In this document: positions 13,882 to 24,218 of the stretch, piece after piece
How the letters are laid out: the number at the start of each line of letters is the position of its first letter
Position numbering within the stretch: the first letter of the stretch is position 1
Origin: Camelus dromedarius
Lineage: Eukaryota
Direction of reading: 5' to 3'
Assembly (NCBI RefSeq): GCF_036321535.1
Contig: NC_087436.1
Location: 55,058,001-55,122,000 of the forward strand
Length of the DNA: 64,000 bases
The notes under the pieces: generated by a model
Told to the model about the DNA's origin: nothing
Database searches by the model: none
What the model saw: only the letters and a program-made list of their open reading frames with translations
Translations under genes and position numbers: made by a program

Positions 13882-14000
13882 GTAAGAAGATACTTATATT
13901 TTCATTATGGTTTTATACCTTATAAGGAATTTTTCTTATATTATTCCATTTGACCATAATAGTAGATCATTAGTCAAATGTTGTTGTTCATGTTTTACAG
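13882..14000 (+). other. Candidate 119-nt non-coding exon / RS-exon
   Basis: ctcatttttctatgtttatag|GTAAGA at the 5' end and TTTTACAG|gtaagt at the 3' end; stops in all three frames; no transcript evidence. Confidence 0.25.
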
Positions 14001-14100
14001 GTAAGTACATTGAAGCTCAGTAACTTCAATGATTCAACCAAGATCACAACAGATATTAGGATTTGGATCTGGAATTCTAATTCATATCTCCTCATTGCAA
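13905..14100 (-). mobile_element. MIR
   Basis: tatattattccatttgacc...catgttttacaggtaagtacattgaagctcag...caagatcaca. Confidence 0.7.
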
Positions 14101-14164
14101 ATTTTTCTGCAAGGCCTACTGCAGTGATTCGGAAGACAAACAAAAGTCTCAATTAAAATATTTA

Positions 14165-14390
14165 ATAATAATAATACTAATTCTGTGCTTCCTAGGTGCC
14201 GAACATTGATCTGAAAGCTCTAATTAACTGAGTTAATCCTTATAACAACTCTGTACATGGAATCCATGTTACAGTTGTGCAAAATGAGCCACAGAGATGT
14301 TACATAATTTACCCTGAGTCACTCAGCTAGGAGGTAACAGAGTAAACATTTGAATTCAGGATACCTACTCCAAAATTTCTACTGTTATTC
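14165..14390 (-). mobile_element. MIR
   Basis: taatccttataacaactct...tgagccacagagatgttacataatttaccctgagtcactcagctag...atttgaattcagg. Confidence 0.85.
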
Positions 14391-14859
14391 TTTCACTGAT
14401 ACAATGTTGTGTGTGATCTGCTTAGCCCAGTGCCTGTCACACTGTCAGATTCTCAAGTAACTGCTAAAACATATTGCAATTAATATCTAACATATACCCC
14501 AATTTGTTAACAGAGACCATTTGTGAATAATAATTAAGTTGTGGAAAAAAACACATTGGGATATTGAGAGTTAAATATATAATTTATTAATATTTGATTT
14601 TTAGTGTATAATTTATATATATATATGAAATTGGCTCTTTCTGGAACTAAATAAAGTGAAGAGAATAATAAATCTCTCTTGAGTGCTATCAAAACCCACA
14701 GAGAATATTTCTTGAATGTCAAAATAACATAGAGCAGCAGGCAGTGCAGTGCAGAGTAAAATCTCTTTTTCTATTTGTAAATAGCTGTGTTACTTGAGAG
14801 CACACAATCTAAAAATATTCTTTGTTAATAAATTGGAGTCAGTTTTGGATGTTCATTAC

Positions 14860-14985
14860 CTGAGATAAGTACTTTGGATACCTAACATTTGCATATTAGG
14901 AAACAGAATAAGAAAATTAAACAGCCTGCTCAGCCTCACAATAAATGACAGAGCTCAGAATCTAGTCAGTCTGGCTCTAAAGCCC
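14860..14985 (-). mobile_element. MIR fragment
   Basis: catttgcatattaggaaacaga...cctgctcagcctcaca...gtcagtctggctctaaagccc. Confidence 0.65.
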
Positions 14986-15689
14986 GAGTGGAAAGTTCCA
15001 TAACAAGTGGGGGTTAAAACCTGCTTCAAATTCTCCTTTCTTGGAAGGGTTGAAAATGGGGGAGGTTCATCATGAAACGTCATATGAGCTGTGAGAGGCT
15101 ATGGTTTGGTCCCAGGGCCATTTATCCAAGTTGATCTCTGTGAAATAAATCCCTATTTCTTACTCTTGCCATGTAAAGGAATGCAATGACACATATACGT
15201 TTGTTTAATTTTGTCCATTAGCTTTTTGGTATTTCCATGTATTTGAAAAGTGATATGAATTATGTAGAGTTAGTAATTTTATCTCATAACAAACTGTCTA
15301 GTTTGTGGAGAAAAATATTCATCTTGTATTATTTCCATTCTGACATTTGACAGTGGTTATTTTTGAAAATATGTTCCTACATATTATATACATTAATTTC
15401 TTTATTAGCTCTGTTTTGAAGGCTAGATTGTGGTATTCAATTTTATTTATTTCATTGTACTCATTTCCTATAAGTAACATTATTTTTAATATTACTACTA
15501 CTAATTTCATTTCTTCTTATTTACTTTTGTAAGCAAAGAGGCACAGAACCATAGGAGGGGACTCCTCAGCCCTATGTTTGGATCCTCCGTACTCTTACTC
15601 ACCTGGAGGTAATATACTGATAGTTTATGAACTGCCAAGACAAAAGTTCCAGGACAAACATCATTTTTTCATAAAGTAAACTAAAATGC

Positions 15690-15810
15690 AAATGTAATAA
15701 TAATTTCTTATCTTTGTACAGCATTTGATATCATACAACCCTTTCCACATGCATTTTCTCATTTGATCCTGGTAGCACACCACTGACATAGTTGAGAGAG
15801 AAATTATTCC
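15690..15810 (-). mobile_element. MIR fragment
   Basis: ctttccacatgcattttctcatttgatcct. Confidence 0.55.
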
Positions 15811-15869
15811 AGAGTTGTTGTTGTTGTTTTCCTTCTTCCGCTTTAAAAATTCTCCAGGATTTTTGCAGA

Positions 15870-16345
15870 AGGTGCAACTCAGATGTTTTGTTTGACCCAC
15901 AAAATTTGGCATGTATGGTCTTTTATTTTAAAAAATTAAGTTTTTGCCATCCTTAGATATTAAGAAATAGCACATAATATTTACATGATGTAAAATGTCC
16001 TATATTTCACAACAGATACAGTAATATAGCCACGCATTTATCCCTTTTAGTCTTCAAGTGAGAGCTGATGAGGAAATTAATGTAGTATTGTGTCTAGAAA
16101 TATTTATTTCAAAAATGCCATTACCAACTGAAATGGAGTAGAAATAAGACACTCAATTGTTGGTAAAATTTTACTTGATGAAATTTCGATTTCCTCTTGA
16201 AAACCAGGCAGGTATGATCACATCAGGCCTGCATTCCTGCATGACAGCCAGCCCAGAGCTTCATATCAGCCTCCTCCCTCCCAGGGGCACAGGCTATTTA
16301 TTCCATGCCTTTGGAGCTCCTCTGCACTCAAGCCAAATGTCAGTT
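15870..16345 (-). mobile_element. MER102/Charlie-type hAT relic
   Basis: tgttttgtttgacccaca...tcctcttgaaaaccagg...caggcctgcattcctgcatgacag resembles antisense MER102. Confidence 0.55.
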
Positions 16346-16817
16346 GCTGCCATATATAGATTATGCAATTAACAAACCTTGTGAAATTTCACTTTTTTCA
16401 TATGAAAAAATTGGATATATTGATATTTTATAAGGATCTCATGATGACACACTATATATCAAAACAGTAGAAATCTACAATGCTAAACAAACTCAATATG
16501 CTATAAACAACCGAAAGTTTTCTAAGAATAGATACTCACATTTTATCACTCCTAAATAAGGATATTCAAAATCTTTCTGTTCACTTTAGGGCATCACTGT
16601 GCAGAAGAATTTGTGTGAATTTCTGGATGTTTTTTACCTTGATGTCATAGCTGGGATTCTAAAAGTGGAGTACTTTTTATCTCCATAACAGTTAATATTT
16701 TAGGTGTTTCAAATCCTCCTAATGAAAAACACTCTATCACAATGACTAAGTGTGCATTTTTGCTTTTAAGAAGCACCAAGTAAAGGGAGTGGAGGGAGGA
16801 GAAGCTCTCACGGTGAG

Positions 16818-16830
16818 GCAGCAGGTGGCT
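16818..16830 (+). promoter_or_regulatory. CTCF-like motif / CAGGTG E-box
   Basis: gcagcaggtggct compared with CTCF core CCASYAGRKGGCR; lies in unique GC-richer sequence. Confidence 0.3.
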
Positions 16831-17117
16831 TGCCGCTTACTCAAGCTTACATGCTTTCCTCTGTTGCGGAGAATTCTGGAGAAGAGAGTGATGAATCATG
16901 GTTCTCTGCCCTCTGCCTTCTAGGCCTAGCCCTTGATTCTGCTGTTTCTCCAGAACTGGTTTGATGATTTGTTTAAGTGGTTCTGCTAAAAAGTGAAGCT
17001 TGATTTTCCACGTATTTGCCTAATCATTTCCCTCTCCAGATTCTCTATTTTCCCTGAAATTTAGGCTTCACGCAAAACTTCTGGAACATGTCCTTGGTTT
17101 GTGCATAGGCTTTCAAC

Positions 17118-17490
17118 TTTTTTTATTTTATTTATTTATGCTTCTAAAATTTAAACCAATGTTAGAAATACAGAAATGCTGCACACACAAAGAAAAAGTC
17201 TGCATTCTTTATATTCCTCAGCCTCACTCACTTCCTCTAATCTTAACGTCTTACATAACCATAGCACAGTGGTAAGAAAAGAAAAATAACATTGATACCA
17301 TAGTACTAACTATTAATGTATTGACCTGACTTGACTTTCTTCATTTTTCCTATTGATGGCCTTATTTTGTTCCAGGATCATGTAGTTGTGCTTTCTTTTT
17401 AGTCTCTTCTTGTCTGTAACAGTTCCTCAGTCTTTCCTTGTCTTTCATGACCTTTGCACCTTTAAAGTGCACTCACTGATCAAGTGTTTG
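17118..17490 (-). mobile_element. L1MB8/L1MC/L1MD-type 3' end
   Basis: ttacataaccatagcacag...ttgttccaggatc...acagttcctcagtctttccttgtctttcatgacctt. Confidence 0.85.
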
Positions 17491-17745
17491 GTTTTCTTTC
17501 AAGTGGTCATTTTATTATCCTCCCAGCACACTTTGTGTCCTTGTGCAGAATGACATTAGGTCCTCTTCCTCTCAGGTTGTTAGAATAAATGCATTTAGAA
17601 AGATATGGCTTCTTGTGAAGCTCCACTGAAAGAATGCAAGGTCTAATATAGCAATAGTTTAAAAAGGGAAGAAAGAACCAAGCTCTGTGGTAATTATGAT
17701 AATTGGGCATGAAAAACAGGAATGTTTAAAAATACCATATAGTCA

Positions 17746-17830
17746 ATATATGTATATTCATGTATGACTGAAAAATTGTGCTGTACGCCAGAAGTTGACA
17801 CATCGAAAACTGACTATAACTCAATTAAAA
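17746..17830 (+). mobile_element. 5'-truncated young L1 3' tail with target-site duplication
   Basis: tgtatgactgaaaaattgtgctgtacgccagaagttgacac...actgactataactcaattaaaa; TSD aaaaatacca(ta/gg)tagtca at 17728-17745 and 17831-17848; TTT/AAAAA endonuclease site. Confidence 0.85.
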
Positions 17831-19474
17831 AAAAATACCAGGTAGTCAGTGGATCCAATTAAATTATGATATCCCACAATGTACTCTTTGAATAATCTCT
17901 TAGGAGTTCATGTGATTGTGCATCTGAAGAATAGCCATTGCTCATGAAAAGCTGAGTATCTATCAAAGTGTGGGCGGCATCTGGTAAAAAGAATGGAATA
18001 AATGGCCCTGCAGTCCTTTTGCTGCTCTGCCTAAAGGAATGAACTTTGTTAAAATAAGTGTGTACTTTATTTCTAGCTTTTAAAGCCTGTGTCAGATAGC
18101 TCTTACAAACTGTGGAGAGCAGTATGATTAAACTGAGAAGTGTCCCTCCATCTTATAGGAACAAGTGGGAAGGAAAAAAGTACACTGGAATATATGGGTA
18201 CATAGAACTTGTTCATTTAAAAGGTGTCTGGTATGTGTCTCTCAAAAAGAAATAGTCCTATCAATCTGCTTGTATGAGGAAGAGGAATTAATACTTGGTT
18301 GTAGAAAAGGGAGGTCTACCATGTTACTTTTTAAAAATAGGCTCATCTTTAAGAGGATTTTTTTTTTGTGACTCATGATGATTAAACATTGTTCTATGAG
18401 GAGCCGTTAATTGTGCTTCTGAATGTGTGGGAGGAAAATGGATTCCACCTCAACCGATTTTATTCTGTCATTTGTAAATACCCTTTTATGAGGCAGGCAC
18501 TTGGTATATGATAGTGATGATGTTGCTGAAGTAACATTAACACATGGGAATGAAGAAAGTAATAGGTCACTGATGACTTTAACTGTGTGAAACTAAGTGA
18601 TGATAACACAGTGCTTGAACAGGAGAAGTAAGGAGACTGGGAAGATGAAAAGAGTGTGGCTTTATCAGCCAGCATGTGTATCAGAATGGCGATAACTTAT
18701 CACTTATTGAGAGATTGTGTACAAAGGGAAGTGCTGTAAAATCATCCTACTACCTAAGTTTATAGAGATCTAAATGTGCTTTATTGATTCTGTCTACTTC
18801 AAGTAGGTGACAGAGTGCATTGGCCTTCCCTTATGGATGGAGGCACTAAGATACAGCTGTAGAGTTCTGCTTAAGACAGAATCACCTACCACACGAAAGG
18901 AAAGCCCGTCATTCAGCTAAGTTCTTGTGATTTAGTCTTGGAGCCTCCAAGGAATATGGCTTATGGTTGCCATATTTTCTGGCTGAGAAAATATAAAGAC
19001 TAAGATGATGTAAAAATGTTCCTGCTGTTAAATAAGTCAAATGCTGCCAAATGATTTTAGAAAATCATTTTAGTTCCCTGTTTACTTTCTTTCTCTTGCT
19101 CATTCTCATTCTCTGCATTCATATTCACATGTGTTCTTTGTTTGTATGCATAATGAGGGGAAAAGGACAATCTATGATTTAATGTTGAAGGAAATTAACC
19201 AATATTTTAAACGTACATTGAGTTAATAACCTGACAATAAAAACAATTAAAATTACTGTAGTTGTGATCAAGTTCAAAGCAAGGCTATTAGTAAGTACTT
19301 CCTAGACCTTTCAATTAACATAAACTTCGAGTCCAATTTCATGTGCATTAGCATAGTTAATTTATTGTCATTTAAATGCTTTCTTCATGAAGTTTCATAT
19401 AGAAAATATGTAAGACTTCTCCATACCTTTAATTAAGAGTTGAGAACCTGATTTTCTTTTTAAGATCAGAATCC

Positions 19475-19625
19475 AAACATTTAGGATCCAAAACTATATT
19501 GTTTGGAAAACTAGACAAACTCTTATCTAACCAATCTAACCCATCATTCCTTATTTCATTCATTTTTCATAAAAAAGAGAAACCCATGCTAATTAAGGAC
19601 TTGCCAATAATTAGAGCTCTGAGTT
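19475..19625 (-). mobile_element. MIR3-like fragment
   Basis: atctaaccaatctaaccc...cattttcataaaaaagagaaaccc...ttaaggacttgcc. Confidence 0.45.
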
Positions 19626-20702
19626 AATTATTAAATATTTTTAATAATGCATTTATAACTAATTTCCAAACCAGACCTAGTTCTTTCATATTTTGAAAAT
19701 ATGCTTCATTAGGGTTACTTAATGTATTCTGAGTTTTCTGTTTTTAACTCTTACTGAATCTTTTCAGTCAAAAACTTATGTTTTTCTTTTTAAAAAAGAT
19801 ATTATAATAAACAGTACAGTTATCAAAATTTGTAACTTTACTTTGCAGTTTGATTATCACAACATGTGAGCTTAAGGAGACTAATAATAATAGTGATGAT
19901 CCAGATGAACATACTGAAGAAAGTTGGACATGAGCTCGAGTTATCTTTCAAAAAGGTGGATTTTTCTATAGGATGAGTTTCTGTTACAGGATGATGGCTT
20001 GTATAAAAATTTGAACTGAGTTTATCAGTATTTGAAATTGAGCAACTCAAAGCAATGATTCAGGAAATACTATATTAGGTTCAGAGGAGGCAGTTGATGA
20101 GGTACCATGGGCACCGAGCAATAGTTGCAATACTGCATGCTATTCAGGGAGCACATACAAAGAGGCAGACATTATACTAAGCACTTTAGAAATTTGGAAA
20201 AGACTTAGAATAGTCCTTCACCAGGGACACCCATATTCTTCATTATAGCTTGACATGCCTAGGGTTTATTCATTGGATTCTTGGCTTTCATGTGTCTTCA
20301 CTGTAGTTCTCTGATACCTTTCTGAGACCTAAAAATTGTTTTATATGATAGGAAATGAAAAGATTCCCCAAGGTAGCTCTTCTACACATTAGACTGGGCT
20401 ATAAGTCACAACTTAACTTGGGTTCTGTTTTATTTTTCTGGTGATGTTGCTTCTGTTTCGACTTATGACCATTTTAAGTCTCAAGGAATACAGCATTTCA
20501 GCAGAAAGTGCCAGTGTCAGCTCCAGTCTAGGTGCTAAGCTTTAAATTGAGTCTAGGGGTACGAGGGATGCGAGGTTATTTGGAGGGAGAGGAAGTATTC
20601 TAGAGACGTTTGTAGGTTAAAGGAGAAATTCAAAAATGAAGTTAAGATCCTTCATTTGAAGGAGGTACAGTGATGGGCCCAATATGTCAAACACTTTTTC
20701 CC

Positions 20703-21189
20703 TTTGTTTTATTGAACTATAACTGACATTTAATATTGTATTAGGCCAACATGTACAACATAGTAACTTGATATCTGTATATGTTGTGAAATGATTACCA
20801 CAATAAGTTTAGTCAATATCCATCACCTCATATAGTTAAAATTTTTTTCTTACAGTGAAAACTTTTCAGATTTACTCACTTAGCAACTTTAAAATATACA
20901 AATACAGTATTGTTGACTATCGTCACCATGCTGTGCATTATATCCCTAGGAGTTTGTACCTTTTCACCCCCTTCAACCATTTCCCTCACCCCCACCCCTG
21001 GCCTCTGGCAACACCAATTTGTTCTCTGTATCTACAACTTGTTTGTTTTTTTAAGATTCCACATTTAAGTTAAATTATACAGTATTTATCAGAATTTCTT
21101 TGGATGACTTATTTAACTTAGCATAAGGCCCCTCAAGGCCCATCTGTGTTATGGCAAATGGTAGGATTTCCTTCTTTTTTATGGCTGAA
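20703..21189 (-). mobile_element. L1MA9-like 3' end
   Basis: gtgaaatgattaccacaataagtttagt...ttagcaacttt...gtcaccatgctgt...agattccacat...gcaaatggtaggatttccttctttttatggctgaa. Confidence 0.9.
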
Positions 21190-21770
21190 CAGAGCATTAG
21201 AAACATAGATGATAAAGAACTTCACTGCCTGGAAAATTTGGGCAGGATCTAGGACAGAAGTAGAAGACAAGCATTAAAAATGGGTTTTATGTGCCAAGTA
21301 TAGGAAGAGAAATTAACAAGGTATATTTTTAAAAGGTTGGATCATGTTGTATGCCTAGATACAGTTATTTTTTGTTTTTCTCTGGGTAAAGCTGAGTTTG
21401 GCTTTGAAAGAATTTTCTGTGTTGTGTTGATGCAGTTAGACTAAGAATGCTAGGCAACACAATGCAGCTATTGGATATATATTTTTATTATTTAATTTTA
21501 AAGTTACACAAAAATAAATAGAAAAGATAACACAGAAATATATTTTTGCATCTTCATCAATATATACAACTCATGAGAAATTTGTGTGTTGCTGCCTACA
21601 TACTCACATAATACTTACCCAGTTATTATAACACTGCATACAGTGTTTTTACTCGTTTAAAATTGCCCCATAAACATTTTTTATATTTTAAATTCCTTCC
21701 CTTTTCAGATTATTTTTGAGACATTTCAGTAAAAGAGTATTTGTTGTACTTATGTTTACATTTTAGAAAG

Positions 21771-22127
21771 TGTTGACATAAACCAAAGAGACTGCCAATT
21801 ACTTCTTTAGCAAAAGTGAGTTTATTCAGGATCAGCAAAGAATTGCAATTTGAGGTCTGCAACACAGCAAGCCACGTACAATCCCCCAGCAAAAATGAGG
21901 AGAACTCTTTTATAAAGGGAGAAATGAAGGTGTGAGGACCATAGGAAACAAAGAGTCCATGACTTTTCACTGGCTGATTTGTGATGGTCTCCCATTGGCT
22001 GAGCTCTTGCCAGGCAAGAAGAGGAAGATTTTCATCTCCCTGTTGGGCTTTACTAAGTGATAGGGCATGAGAGCTCGCCCTTTGGTCCTTCAACTCTTTT
22101 GAGATTTCTGTTTATTAATTTTTGACA
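21771..22127 (-). mobile_element. ERV1-class solo LTR (357 bp)
   Basis: TG...CA termini, 4-bp TSD aaag on both sides; minus strand has CCAAT (21994-21998), TATAAAAG (21907-21914) and AATAAA (21821-21826) in LTR order. Confidence 0.85.
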
Positions 22128-22139
22128 AAAGATAGGTCC

Positions 22140-22390
22140 TATCTTTATAATGGAATAAAGAGAGATGGAAATAGGGACACTAAGTAGGTGACTGCTGCTA
22201 TTCAAGTAAGAAAAGGGGTGTTAGGAAAGCAGGCCAATATGGAAAGTCTGAGAAATGTTTCAGAGGTAAATCAAAGACCATAAAGTGTGAGAAAGAAATG
22301 GACAGAAAGGAGGTGAACACTGGAGATACAGATATAGGTGTCATTGAACTAGGTGATTGTTCATGAGAACTGGAGCACTGGAATTTAAAA
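22140..22390 (-). mobile_element. L2 fragments
   Basis: tctgagaaatgtttcagaggtaaatcaaaga...ctggagatacagatataggtgtcatt. Confidence 0.5.
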
Positions 22391-23039
22391 TGTGAGTAGA
22401 GTAATATTGATTAATTGAAATTTTTTTTTATACAAAGAAGAAACATTTTGTGAGAAAGGAGACTCTTTTGTGTATGACCATTTAGGAACATAAGATATCC
22501 CAAAACATCTTTTTAATACTATTTTAAGGTAAAATAATAGTTAATAGACATCTCAAAACTGTAGTTAGATAATTTAAAAATTATCAGTAGAGCCAAAACC
22601 ACTAAGAAGCTCAGAAAGTAGAGAAATTTAGAAAGAAACCAAACAGCACTTGTCAGTGAACTTCACTGTACTGTCTCACATACTCCAGTGACCACAAAGA
22701 CTTAGTTATGTGAATCACAATTTGTGTGTGCCTTTGTGTGTCACCACTATAAATACAGCCTCTGTTCAGCAGCCACTTTGTTAACAAGATATATTTTGAT
22801 GCTCTAAAAACAAATTAGCCTAATTGTATTTCTCGATTCTAGAGAATTATCCTCTGTCCTATGGCTCTTCTCTAGTTCTGTGTGCTCCTATCAAATGAAA
22901 AAAGAGCTCCCCAGAGAAACATGGAAATCATAAACTAGTTTTTGGCATATCTGTTCTCTCTCTTCTTTTGGGTCACTAGGAAATTTTTAGGAAGCCTTTA
23001 TGATGATGTAGAATTATTTTAAGTTTCATATAGGTATGA

Positions 23040-23285
23040 AGATATGCAGTGAGTTAAGTGAACACTGGGTTTAGAAATACAATCCTTGCATGTGAGCCTC
23101 CATTCTGCCACTTATTTGTTGTATGATTATGAGCCAATCTTTTGACCTCTTTAAGACTCAGTTTCCTCGTGTAAAAAATGGAGTTAATAATTCTTAACAC
23201 ATTTGTTGCAGGACCAAAGCAAATGATCATATGTAATAAGCCCTCTGTAAACTATGTTCCACTTTTCACATGCAAGGCATTTTCC
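23040..23285 (+). mobile_element. MIR (MIRb/c-like), near full length
   Basis: ttctgccacttatttgttgtatga...gacctctttaagactcagtttcctcgtgtaaaaaatggagttaataat...ctctgtaaacta. Confidence 0.85.
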
Positions 23286-24182
23286 TCTTACTATCTATAC
23301 TTGTGCCTAGTGCAGAGATTTATTGGATAAAAGGTTTGCACATTCTATAGTTTGTCTCTGATCAAAGCACATTAAAACAAAACAGTATAAATTGCACAGT
23401 GGAAAATATTAGTCCACGTTCAGTGACTGAGTTCTAACACCAGGGAAAGTCAGCCCAGCAGGCTCTGCACAAGTATTCCCTTCCTGGGCACATCTGAGCA
23501 TCAGAACTAGCTTAGAGGAGCATTCTTTGGAACCACAGTCCATTTGCCTTCTCTCTGCTTCTGTTTCTGTGCAGGGTCATTTACACAGTCCAGTTCTGAT
23601 ATCTATGCTTAAAATAATGAGACAATCTCAAACTGAACAAGATTTTCTAGAAAATCCATCACCAATGTTGGCAGTGAAACAAATTGAAATCATTTGGCAA
23701 ATGAAAAAGTACTTCATATATATTCTTTCTCTTATCTTATTTAATAATGCATATATTTTAAACAAATGTATCATGAAAGTCTACCTGGGTATCCCTTCTG
23801 AGTTATGCCCATCCGTACAGAGTTCTACAGTGATATCTGGATAAGTACTTCACACATTTGAGGCTTGCTTAGTCAATATTGTAAAGAAATAAATTACCTA
23901 GGATATCTCCACAATATGAAACCAGGAGATGTGGATCTTATATCTTGGAGACAGTTAGCTGTGTTATGCCTTGATTATAAATATTGCCCTATATGTATGA
24001 CTATAAATATTTCCCTATGTGTAGGGAAAGTAGGATGGAAAGATGCAAAATAGACAAGTTGACAGTAGTGGTGATGGCTGCCAGGAACTGCACAAGGCAG
24101 ATGCTAAACTGCTTTACCAAGTACAGCCAATTGACATCAGTTTGGCCCCTGCAATAGTCTTGTCTTCCCAGGTTCCTAGTCC

Positions 24183-24218
24183 TTGTTTTGTTTTGTTTTG
24201 TTTTGTTTTGTTTTGTTT
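24183..24218. repeat. (TTTTG)n simple repeat
   Basis: About 7 units read directly. Confidence 0.95.

Noticed and set aside
19849..19933. Good acceptor (ctttactttgcag) followed by LIITTCELKETNNNSDDPDEHTEESWT-stop as a possible terminal exon
   Set aside because: Peptide not recognised and no upstream exon or other support; only TBLASTX or RNA-seq could rescue it
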